A DNA stretch of 46,160 nucleotides from a virus (Duplodnaviria; Caudoviricetes). A program made the translations under genes and the position numbers. The notes below the pieces were generated by a model that made no database searches, was not told where the DNA came from, and saw nothing but the letters and a program-made list of their open reading frames with translations. The stretch is taken from positions 1 through 46,160 of IMG/VR virus record IMGVR_UViG_3300045534_000027; one strand, written 5' to 3'. This document shows, one piece after another, positions 20,501-28,159 of this stretch (the first letter of the stretch is position 1; each line of letters starts with the position of its first letter).

Positions 20501-22258
20501 CGCTGGAAAAAATACTGTATTATTATTACATACCAAAGCCGTAGAGCTTCTTAAATATTTATCTTGATAGACAATACCAACCTCGTAATCTCTGTTGCTA
20601 TGTAAACTTCTTTTGCTATTTAATTTAGATAAAACAGCTGTAGTTCCAGTATCAGCTAAGTACTCATACGCATATAATACTGGATCTGGATCATCAGTTC
20701 CTGAGAATTTTATAGCTGGTATCTGTAGTTTTATAATGTTTGGCTCTAACGAGGATGATATTATTGTAAATCCTTGATCTATAGCGGTTATACCTGTCCC
20801 AACTTTTTCCCATAATGGAGGTGCAGTTTGTATAGTAGTTAAAGAGCAATTAAATTTATCGGTTAATGAAACTCCTTCTGCACATTCATTTATAGGTTGA
20901 TGAGCATAAACTTTCTCTATAAATAATGGATCATTAGCTAATGAGTAAGCATTTACATAGTCTTGAGTTATATTAAAGTTAAATGTATAGTTAAACTCAT
21001 TTAATGGAGCATCTGCCTCATAAGTTGGATCTCCAGCAAAGTCATTGTGAAAAAGGCTAAATTGTATTGATAGGATAGATCCATTTGTAATATCTACACC
21101 TGTAAAGTCTAACTCTATAATTGAACCAGGTATGGTACGTGAACCTCCTAAAGTATACGTTCCAGATAGAGCTGTTACCTCAATATCTTCTTCTAAATTA
21201 TCTTCACTTTCTGCTGAAAGTGTATAATCTATAACTGTATCTATATCGTAACCATCTACATAGTTTCCATATATAAGCCTGTTACCCATAGTGGTCTGAG
21301 ACTTAGCCGTTAGAGGAACGTTATCAAATAGCCTTGTAAGCTCTGAACTTGGAAGTACTGTGTATATTTTTTTATTATCGAACTGAATAGTCTTAATTTC
21401 ATTATCTCCCCATCCATTATCAATCTTATCAAACTTCTCGATTATATTAACTATGCTTGAGTCTGAAAGCTTAAAGCAAACATCAACACCTACAACATTT
21501 TCTCCGCCTGTGTTAAACGATATATTATAGCTATTAAACACATTTACCATAGATCCATTCGTGTATGTTGTATAGTCAACGAAAAAACTTTCAGGCTCGA
21601 ACGCTATATCACTAAATTGAGATAAAGCACTATACTCTCCATCTCTATATTTATATCTATAAGAAAACGATATAAACCTTTCACTCATATAATTCTCGTC
21701 TCCACCTATAATAAAAGGAGATATTTCTGGAGCCTCTATAGGAGGTTGAACTATAACTGATATATCATCATCAGTTATGTTATCTACTCCCATTGTAGGA
21801 TACGCGTACGATCCTCTTACATTTATTCGTCTTGGAGGGTTAAGATTATCCGTCCAGAATAAAAGATTATCAATTAAATCGATACCATTAACCAGATACT
21901 GAGTATCAAAGTTTAGTACCGTGGTGGATATAACGTGATATATAAGTGTGCTTGTTCTTTCGTTGTACGATAAAACCATATCCACATTCCCTGGATCTGT
22001 TACGAACCAGTATATCGTCTCGTGCTGGCTATCCTCATACGCTCCAATACATCTTGCATCGGTAGAAAGTTCTTGACCTTCGTAAAGAATAGATACAATC
22101 TTAGTATTACCTAATGAATTCTCAATAGCACCAACGCTATTGTTTTCAGTAGATCCTATCCTTATATTTAACGCGTCAATATATTCTCCATCTGGAAGAA
22201 CTCTCTCGTCAAGCGACTTATTCATTCTACCCTTAAGGAACGTAGTATTTAAATCCAT
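17540..22258 (-). CDS. tail nozzle/muzzle (stabilization) protein
   Basis: N-terminal FLKGRMNKSLDER...GEYIDALNIR, GNRLIYGNY and YGISNNPESF motifs typical of crAss-like/Bacteroidota podovirus muzzle proteins. Confidence 0.75.
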   Translation of the reverse strand: MDLNTTFLKGRMNKSLDERVLPDGEYIDALNIRIGSTENNSVGAIENSLGNTKIVSILYEGQELSTDARCIGAYEDSQHETIYWFVTDPGNVDMVLSYNERTSTLIYHVISTTVLNFDTQYLVNGIDLIDNLLFWTDNLNPPRRINVRGSYAYPTMGVDNITDDDISVIVQPPIEAPEISPFIIGGDENYMSERFISFSYRYKYRDGEYSALSQFSDIAFEPESFFVDYTTYTNGSMVNVFNSYNISFNTGGENVVGVDVCFKLSDSSIVNIIEKFDKIDNGWGDNEIKTIQFDNKKIYTVLPSSELTRLFDNVPLTAKSQTTMGNRLIYGNYVDGYDIDTVIDYTLSAESEDNLEEDIEVTALSGTYTLGGSRTIPGSIIELDFTGVDITNGSILSIQFSLFHNDFAGDPTYEADAPLNEFNYTFNFNITQDYVNAYSLANDPLFIEKVYAHQPINECAEGVSLTDKFNCSLTTIQTAPPLWEKVGTGITAIDQGFTIISSSLEPNIIKLQIPAIKFSGTDDPDPVLYAYEYLADTGTTAVLSKLNSKRSLHSNRDYEVGIVYQDKYLRSSTALVCNNNTVFFPASTSDKKNYIVATISNLAPSWAERYKFVVKPSRSKYETLYTNLFFQDGNGFSWFKLEGENISKARVGERLIVKRDSNGALDVLTTIDILDVQAQSNNFISGSNDDNIIYEPSGIYMKIRASNFEAVYETNSFVFIEGTNKTLSNYQAAGWDLSYDNPDFIPGPVTPTNQSKIPHDIPAGSIVKFNIGMNRNGRGSNCGSRSYKFQKTVVSSQDYDNFYLFCIGEGVDFEKGVIKSDDDDVNTNDYDRSLSVPYKRTQAYISSVYPLFPAEAGVNKFQFFKEFVDPDSPTVPTGGLFFLARSGTPSCSGIDYRGSYTGGTITIQKATGLFVFETESLDADGEIYYEGSDSFPIVNGYHMSGDAPGDRDQTSDSDPLGYGVVTLNFFDCFSFGNGVESYKINDSVIGAPFYLGERVTAVAQEDYMSSDRYATITYSGIYNAETNINKLNEFNLSLANFKDLEKSFGPINRLYARRTDILVLQEDKISYVLAGKNLLSDSTGGGQIASIPEVLGTQIARIEDYGISNNPESFTVFGGEVYFTDIKRNSVLNLRGGSAQSDALSIVSDMGMKYWFRDEFKNSQNYFKIGGYDPYMDEYVLHLTETYMPTELDVYGCGVTIAKQNVNGVYEFDVEIGDEIGEVTVSLTLFDGDVDLIVEYAGDIVFDENLDEPDVYDFTFEKTEILPNVLRITITSTNASYSTSTSCVNVLDSITVYRVVYNNPGNEDDTIHNKYKWTLGDYNSSFNTDFITMEADGVSLYESQTGGLSQGMIPANGSDITLISEKLPGDTFNFNSEFNSFKYLISNNLYTPSELSPLLTTITPITGTYQAVINDVALIGFDYLYLVWDYRSTTEIILCYDETNPYMLCCDCTETDTYYINADSFENATSIWINESLTTLAPDGYYKFGTTYRRLLSGVLLDPTPCAECLDCYRYIASTVVSGEAGSCRYIDCEGNPGTIDLPADDFIAFCALEGTVDRIVGGIVITLDEPC

Positions 22259-22260
22259 AC

Positions 22261-23178
22261 CTATTTAATCCACTTATCTTTGCCCCTCATATTCATCAAT
22301 AATCTTCCAGGGTGTATGTTACTCAATCTTATCTTTGCGTTTCTTAGAAGGGCTGTCTTCTCCTTCTTAGCTCTATTCACAACATACTCCTGAACTCCGT
22401 ACTTATTTGTAAGCACGTTGTACTTAATGTATGCGTACAAGAACTCCTCAGCCATCTTGTTTACAGTAACCTCAGAGTCGTCTCCTCCCTCCATACCGTC
22501 AGTAACATACTCAAGTATACAAAGCTGACCAGCCATACCTGATCCAAAGTTTATAACGCCTGACTTCTTGTCTATTCTGTACGTAGGGTTTACGTTTGCA
22601 GTCTCTGTGTTCAGCCCAAATCTTGCACCAATAGTGTGGTTGAAGTACCACTTACCGTCAAGATTGTATCCTTCTAGTCCGTTAAACTTACCGTCACCTA
22701 GGTAGATGCTCTTGTTTAACTTGTGTATCCTGTCGTAGTCTAATATAGATGTACCCTCCAAAACATTACCGTCCTGATCGAACAATACTCTACAGCTGTT
22801 ATCCTGTAGGTATGAGTTACTGTAGTTTGTTTGAATGTTCTCAGTCAGTGGTCTTAACACACCATCCTTGTACAATGATATTCTAACATAGTTCACGTAG
22901 TCTGGTGGCAGTACCAGCTTAAGGTCGTCACATATACTAAGCTCAACGATCTTAATCTCTTTCAAGGCATCGTAGTTCAACTCCTGAATACCTCTCTTTG
23001 CGTGAAAAAGGATCTCGTACTTGTCAACATTATTAACAAGCTTATTGTTACCCACATACATCAACATAAAGTTGTTAACTATATCCTTTAGCGATACATA
23101 CTGGTACGTTCCCCAGTTTTCATTCTCTGGAGAGTTTCCAGCGTTCTCATAGTATTGATAGCCAGTTAAGTATGCCAT
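22261..23178 (-). CDS. tail ring / tubular protein
   Basis: LPPDYVNYVRIS motif; position upstream of the nozzle gene. Confidence 0.65.
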   Translation of the reverse strand: MAYLTGYQYYENAGNSPENENWGTYQYVSLKDIVNNFMLMYVGNNKLVNNVDKYEILFHAKRGIQELNYDALKEIKIVELSICDDLKLVLPPDYVNYVRISLYKDGVLRPLTENIQTNYSNSYLQDNSCRVLFDQDGNVLEGTSILDYDRIHKLNKSIYLGDGKFNGLEGYNLDGKWYFNHTIGARFGLNTETANVNPTYRIDKKSGVINFGSGMAGQLCILEYVTDGMEGGDDSEVTVNKMAEEFLYAYIKYNVLTNKYGVQEYVVNRAKKEKTALLRNAKIRLSNIHPGRLLMNMRGKDKWIK

Positions 23179-23180
23179 AA

Positions 23181-23945
23181 TTATTGTTGTTGACTAAATG
23201 TTGGTTGTTCGTGTTGTTCTTGACCTAGTGCGTAAGCAGCAACCTCTTGCTCTCTTATCGATATTCCAGCGTACTGTAGTATCTTCATAACCAGCTTGTA
23301 CTCGTCCTCTGCAGGAAGCTGAAAGTCTTGGTAATCTGGTTGAGACTGATCAAACATAGGCTCACCATTTGGAAATGTAAAGTACGTCCACTTAGGATCC
23401 TTAGGATACGTAAAGTAGGTACATCTTACGTCATAATTATTTGTATCGCTGATTGTGTCAGGATACAATACAATGGTAGATGTTCCTAATGTGTTCTGCT
23501 CGTAAGTGTATACTGGGTACATCAACGATGGTCCTGTAAGGTTTGAGTCCGAAAGCATCATTATCCTTGCGTTAGAAACCTTCTCAGCTGTACCGATTCT
23601 ACTGCCTGAACTATTAAGACAGTCTATTCTAAGTATCATATAGGCTGCACTTCCAGTCGTATCTTCTGAAGGAGCCAGCCACTGATTGTCATTATAATTA
23701 TCTAAATTTGATGTGACCAAGAAAGACTCAAGAGTCTCAGCTATTGGCTGCTCAATATCAGCGTAGTCAGTACCTGACATACGAGCATTCTCCATATTGA
23801 TGGTCTTGTTATAGGAAGAGTAGTACTCCTCGTATATCTCCATCTGTGCCTGCTTGGCAAATAAGTTGAAATCAGCAGGTGTAATATAGCCGTAGTTATT
23901 CTTATTTATAACAGATAGAACTGTATTTCTAACTGAGTTTATCAT
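23181..23945 (-). CDS. tail ring / head-tail adaptor protein
   Basis: NKNNYGYITPADFNLFAKQAQ and Y..YPKDPKW motifs typical of ring proteins. Confidence 0.65.
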   Translation of the reverse strand: MINSVRNTVLSVINKNNYGYITPADFNLFAKQAQMEIYEEYYSSYNKTINMENARMSGTDYADIEQPIAETLESFLVTSNLDNYNDNQWLAPSEDTTGSAAYMILRIDCLNSSGSRIGTAEKVSNARIMMLSDSNLTGPSLMYPVYTYEQNTLGTSTIVLYPDTISDTNNYDVRCTYFTYPKDPKWTYFTFPNGEPMFDQSQPDYQDFQLPAEDEYKLVMKILQYAGISIREQEVAAYALGQEQHEQPTFSQQQ

Positions 23946-23960
23946 ATTAAAAACTTTTTA

Positions 23961-23968
23961 CAAAGATA
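23961..23968 (-). promoter_or_regulatory. Bacteroidota -7 promoter element (TATCTTTG)
   Basis: Consensus match 15 nt upstream of the ATG at 23945, directly after a terminator. Confidence 0.75.
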
Positions 23969-23970
23969 AT

Positions 23971-23997
23971 AAAAAAAAGCACTCTGATTAGAGTGCC
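23971..23997 (-). terminator. intrinsic terminator
   Basis: GCACTCT-AATC-AGAGTGC stem followed by T8 on the - strand. Confidence 0.85.
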
Positions 23998-24024
23998 TTT
24001 AGTTTTCTTTAAGAACAAAAACAA

Positions 24025-24306
24025 TTACGCAATAGCTATTCCAGAAACAGCGAATGGTAATAATGTAACATCGTAAGTTACTTTTGTCCATCCCTCACCT
24101 AAGGCTGCAACAACAGCCGCTTCAACAGCGTCTCTCTGTGTTTCAACACCTGCACCAGCAGTAGCGTGAGTGATAGTAACAACTTTACCTCCACCGTAAG
24201 TGATGGTAACAGTAGTAGTCGATGCTTGCTCGATAAGTTTAATGTCTGTAGCAGATACAATTTGAAATTGCTCGTTAGTTACAGGGATACTTAAAAATTT
24301 TTCCAT
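24025..24306 (-). CDS. small structural protein (possible capsid decoration)
   Basis: 93-aa Thr/Val/Ala-rich ORF with its own promoter and terminator, near the capsid gene. Confidence 0.55.
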   Translation of the reverse strand: MEKFLSIPVTNEQFQIVSATDIKLIEQASTTTVTITYGGGKVVTITHATAGAGVETQRDAVEAAVVAALGEGWTKVTYDVTLLPFAVSGIAIA

Positions 24307-24338
24307 TTTTATCTTTTGTTTATGATTAATAATCTTTG

Positions 24339-24346
24339 CAAAGATA
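24339..24346 (-). promoter_or_regulatory. Bacteroidota -7 promoter element (TATCTTTG)
   Basis: Consensus match within the ATCTTTGCAAAGAT palindrome upstream of 24306. Confidence 0.7.
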
Positions 24347-24359
24347 CTAAAAAAAAATA

Positions 24360-25100
24360 TTAATCTAAATGGCTCTCAAGTAGTCTAAGTGTCTCAATTC
24401 CATCATCTGACTTCAGGTGTGATGCCAAGATAAATAAGTGATTCTCACCGTAAGGAACTGTCAACAACTTCTTCTTGTTTGTCTCAAGGTTGAAGTATAC
24501 ATCTCTACCTTTATTTTTAAGCCTCAACACGTCCTGATCAAATAACTTAGCGCAGGTGTTTTGCAGCTGTAGCATTGGATCGTTTAGCATCTCCATAAAC
24601 TTCTGAGGGTATGTTCTTGAATAAACAAGCACATCTCTCTTAAGCTCAGCAGTTGACATCTTGTCAATCTTACCTCCCAATACAACTCTAGCAACAGCCT
24701 CAAGCATATCAACCGTAAGGTCTCTTGCCGCTAACTGTGCATCCAACTCTGTAGTTAACTTGTCAAACTGCTCTGACGCGTCTTTCTCTGTATTTACTTC
24801 TTCAAATATCATTCCATTTCCTGGGTGATACTCTAAGAATTTTTGTAGTACTGGATTTGTTTTGTGTACCGTTAGTGATCCATCAACAAATACAATAGGC
24901 TCTAAAATAGCAGAACCATCCTGCTCATCCTCGAAAGGTGATTTCTGATTTCTTGCATATCTAAGTGGTCTGTTTGATTTTCCGTCAAAGTAGTATAACG
25001 GACTTCTTGAAGTGTTCTTCGATGTCAACATATATGACAACGGAGTGTTTCTTTTTTTTAATACGTAGATTCTATCTACTAATGCAGTTTCTTTACTCAT
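24360..25100 (-). CDS. hypothetical protein downstream of the capsid gene
   Basis: 246-aa ORF in the structural block. Confidence 0.7.
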   Translation of the reverse strand: MSKETALVDRIYVLKKRNTPLSYMLTSKNTSRSPLYYFDGKSNRPLRYARNQKSPFEDEQDGSAILEPIVFVDGSLTVHKTNPVLQKFLEYHPGNGMIFEEVNTEKDASEQFDKLTTELDAQLAARDLTVDMLEAVARVVLGGKIDKMSTAELKRDVLVYSRTYPQKFMEMLNDPMLQLQNTCAKLFDQDVLRLKNKGRDVYFNLETNKKKLLTVPYGENHLFILASHLKSDDGIETLRLLESHLD

Positions 25101-25120
25101 TTGATATAATTTAATTTGTT

Positions 25121-25156
25121 AAAAAAATAACAGGGAGAGTATCTCATCTCCCTGTT
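25121..25156 (-). terminator. intrinsic terminator after the major capsid gene
   Basis: AACAGGGAGA/TCTCCCTGTT stem followed by a T-tract on the - strand. Confidence 0.85.
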
Positions 25157-25172
25157 GGGTATTTATTTATTA

Positions 25173-26585
25173 TTAGCTATTAGCTTCGAATAAGAAGAAG
25201 TTGTTAGCACCTAAAGTACATAAAGCTCTCTCTGATAAGAAGTGTACCTCCATAGCATCTAAGCTAGAGTTAGAAGCACCACCAGCAGAACCAGTAATCC
25301 AAGTTTTGTAACGACGATCTTCAGTTTCAGAAGCTCTGTAACGTACGTGTAAGAATGGTCTCTTAGCGTTTTTACCTAATACTTGGTCGTAAACAGTTGT
25401 AGATCCAGCAGGAACTAACACACCATTGATAGCACCACCAACTACTCCACCACGTGTAGCAGCATCGTTTAAGTATTTCCAGTCAGTCTTGTAGAAGTCG
25501 TAACCTCTTCTGAATCCTGTAAAACCTAAGTTCAAAGCCATATCTTTATCGTTATCGAATAAACCGTAAGATGTACCACCAGCTCCATAAGAGTTTTGAG
25601 CAGCTAACATATCATCGATATCGAAAGAGAACTGACGGTTAACGAATAACACATTCTCTTGGATAGCACCTTGCTTGTCAAGACGTTGGATAATAGTATC
25701 GAAGTCAGACAATGTAGTTGGGTTACCACCACCCCATACGTTTCCTCTTTGAGAAACTGAGTAGAATAAACCTTCAGAACCTTTGTTACCAACAACAGAT
25801 TGGTTAGCAGCTCCTGAACCAGACTCAGCAGGTACAGCTTCGATCATAGCCAACTCTAAGTAATCCTCAAATCTCAAACGAGTTTCGTGCTCTGATTTGA
25901 TGTACCATAAGTAACCAGTAGCTCCGTTCTCAGAAGTAACCTCAACCCATCCGATTTGAGCCATATCTGAACCAGATACCGCATACTTATCTTTGATGAT
26001 GATTGGGCTGTTCTCTAAGATCAAGTCATCAGCCTCTAAAGACTCTTCCATTCCTTCAGTACCTTTTCTGAACTCTGAACCATAAACAAATGCAGTTACA
26101 ACATCAGTAGCTCCAAAAGTTTGACCACCAGCCTCGTAGTAAGCTACGTCAAATTCTCCAGCTGCATAGTCAACAGCGGTGATGATAGCCTTGTTAGATT
26201 TTGAAGCTTCGTTGTTATCTGACAAGAAAACTGTCTGACCAACTCTGAATGCAATTCCACCGTTACCTGGTACTAATGTATCATTAACGATAATTGTAGC
26301 TGTATCAACTCCAGCTGCAAAACCTGTAGCAACACAGTTTACATATTTAGTGTGTAAACGACCTTGCTCTGCCCATTTGATAAGGTCAGAAATAGATGGC
26401 ATCTCAGCTCCAACTGATCTTAAGAAAGATGCAACTGAACGGTTACCATATCTTTCAAACTCTTTCTCGTAAGTATCTGGAAGATACTGATTCAAGAAGT
26501 CAAAGTTTGTAATGTAATTTGATGCAAGAGTTTTTCTCTCTGCTGAAGGCTGCAAATCAAAGCCTGGTGTAGATAATACTGACAT
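25173..26585 (-). CDS. major capsid protein
   Basis: 470 aa after the scaffold gene; WAEQGRLH, IIKDKYAVSGSD, FLSER..C.LGANNF; strongly biased codon usage; followed by a terminator. Confidence 0.85.
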   Translation of the reverse strand: MSVLSTPGFDLQPSAERKTLASNYITNFDFLNQYLPDTYEKEFERYGNRSVASFLRSVGAEMPSISDLIKWAEQGRLHTKYVNCVATGFAAGVDTATIIVNDTLVPGNGGIAFRVGQTVFLSDNNEASKSNKAIITAVDYAAGEFDVAYYEAGGQTFGATDVVTAFVYGSEFRKGTEGMEESLEADDLILENSPIIIKDKYAVSGSDMAQIGWVEVTSENGATGYLWYIKSEHETRLRFEDYLELAMIEAVPAESGSGAANQSVVGNKGSEGLFYSVSQRGNVWGGGNPTTLSDFDTIIQRLDKQGAIQENVLFVNRQFSFDIDDMLAAQNSYGAGGTSYGLFDNDKDMALNLGFTGFRRGYDFYKTDWKYLNDAATRGGVVGGAINGVLVPAGSTTVYDQVLGKNAKRPFLHVRYRASETEDRRYKTWITGSAGGASNSSLDAMEVHFLSERALCTLGANNFFLFEANS

Positions 26586-26603
26586 TTTTTAAATTTTTTA
26601 ATG

Positions 26604-27698
26604 TTATTTTATACTTTTAAACTTAAGTCCACGACCACCACCATCGTCTATACTTTTCACTTTAACTCCTGATGAGCTGATAGATTGAGGAGATGTTCTA
26701 ACCTCCATATCTATATTCTTTGTTTGTTTGGCGGTATCTAATAACGCCTCAGCTTTACCTTGTTCGTAAAAGAACTTGGCAAATTTTTCAGGATTCATAG
26801 CTACAGATAAGGATCTGTGATAACCAACAGCGTCTGAAATTAACCCGTCACTATCTAAATATTTAGATATATAATTTGTCAGATCAGATTGAGACTTCTT
26901 TAGGTCTGCTGGATCACCAGGTAAAAACTTTAAATCCTTGTCACCAATGTTGAAATCAAAACCTTTGAAATCCTGGTTGAAAAGTTCTTCCGTCTTCTTC
27001 TGAAAATACTCAGACTTTTTGTAATTCTCTTGCTGCACGGTCTGTGCGTCTTGAACGTATTTCTTGTAAGCGTTGTAGCCTTCCTTATCCTCATCTGGAA
27101 CTGAGCTACCCCTTGACTCAAGTGGTGACTTGTACTGCTCCTTCTGATCTTCAAAAAACTTCTTAGCTTTGGCAAGCTCTTTCTTCTTGGCAATCTCTTT
27201 CTTCTTAATATCCTTCTCCTCATCAAAGTCTGGATCGTATCCAAATCTATCTTCGATCATATAGTTGATATCCTCGTCATCCAAGTCTGACTCGGTAGCT
27301 GAATAATACTCAGCTAAAAGCTTCTCTGGAGATAGTGTATTGAAGTCCTTACTTAACTTCATAAAGTCATCAATACCTCTACCAGTCTCTTTCTTATACT
27401 TTAAGAATGCTGAGACATCTGAAGGTAATTCCTCGTTAGCCTCTCTCTCCTTAAATAGTTCATCAACAGAGTTGATGTCCTTGTTGTATCTTCCCTTAAT
27501 ATAGGACAATACGTCTTCGTCTTTTAACTCTGGAGCAGTTGTCTCTTGAATTACCTCTTCAGTTACAACTTCATTTTTAACATCGTTTGTAGATTCGTTG
27601 TTAAACTTCTCCTCGTGCTTGTCTAATAACTCTTGTTCAATTTCTTGCATTGAACGTTCTTCCCCTGCGCCAATATCGCGCACTGTAAAATTTTCCAT
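26604..27698 (-). CDS. capsid scaffolding protein
   Basis: Acidic, helical protein directly upstream of the capsid gene; FYEQGKA motif. Confidence 0.7.
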   Translation of the reverse strand: MENFTVRDIGAGEERSMQEIEQELLDKHEEKFNNESTNDVKNEVVTEEVIQETTAPELKDEDVLSYIKGRYNKDINSVDELFKEREANEELPSDVSAFLKYKKETGRGIDDFMKLSKDFNTLSPEKLLAEYYSATESDLDDEDINYMIEDRFGYDPDFDEEKDIKKKEIAKKKELAKAKKFFEDQKEQYKSPLESRGSSVPDEDKEGYNAYKKYVQDAQTVQQENYKKSEYFQKKTEELFNQDFKGFDFNIGDKDLKFLPGDPADLKKSQSDLTNYISKYLDSDGLISDAVGYHRSLSVAMNPEKFAKFFYEQGKAEALLDTAKQTKNIDMEVRTSPQSISSSGVKVKSIDDGGGRGLKFKSIK

Positions 27699-27755
27699 TT
27701 GATTTGATTTATTAAATTATTGGCACTAATATTAAATCAGTGCCGTTTTATAGTT

Positions 27756-28118
27756 TTATGACAATGTCAATAAATACTTTAATTTTGCCGCCTCACCCGA
27801 AAGTGATTGAGCCATATTACAGATATCTGGATACTTATTAATATCACCATAAACTTCAAGCTCGTTGGCAAACATTAACACCTGATCTGTAAGCTCTATA
27901 GAATCTTGACCAGACTTCATAGGCTCGATTCGCATACCCTTGATTCTCTTTCCGCTATACCCCATTAACTTCTCAACAACCTCATCCTTAAAGTCCTGTA
28001 AGAACTCATAGAATCCTCCTGTTGCCTTGTGTTCTGCGAAACTTCTTGTCTCCCAGTGGATCATATGGAACTGCTCGTGAAACGTAGCTAACCTCCCTGC
28101 GATATCTTCTGTTGTCAT
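27756..28118 (-). CDS. ferritin/Dps-like four-helix protein (DUF5856-like)
   Basis: HMIHW...AEHKATGGFYE...D..VE, C-terminal KLKYLLTL. Confidence 0.75.
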   Translation of the reverse strand: MTTEDIAGRLATFHEQFHMIHWETRSFAEHKATGGFYEFLQDFKDEVVEKLMGYSGKRIKGMRIEPMKSGQDSIELTDQVLMFANELEVYGDINKYPDICNMAQSLSGEAAKLKYLLTLS

Positions 28119-28134
28119 ATTATTATAATTTTTG

Positions 28135-28142
28135 CAAAGTTA
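28135..28142 (-). promoter_or_regulatory. Bacteroidota -7 promoter element (TAACTTTG)
   Basis: Consensus match upstream of the ferritin-like, scaffold and capsid genes. Confidence 0.7.
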
Positions 28143-28159
28143 GTAATTATTTTATTATA

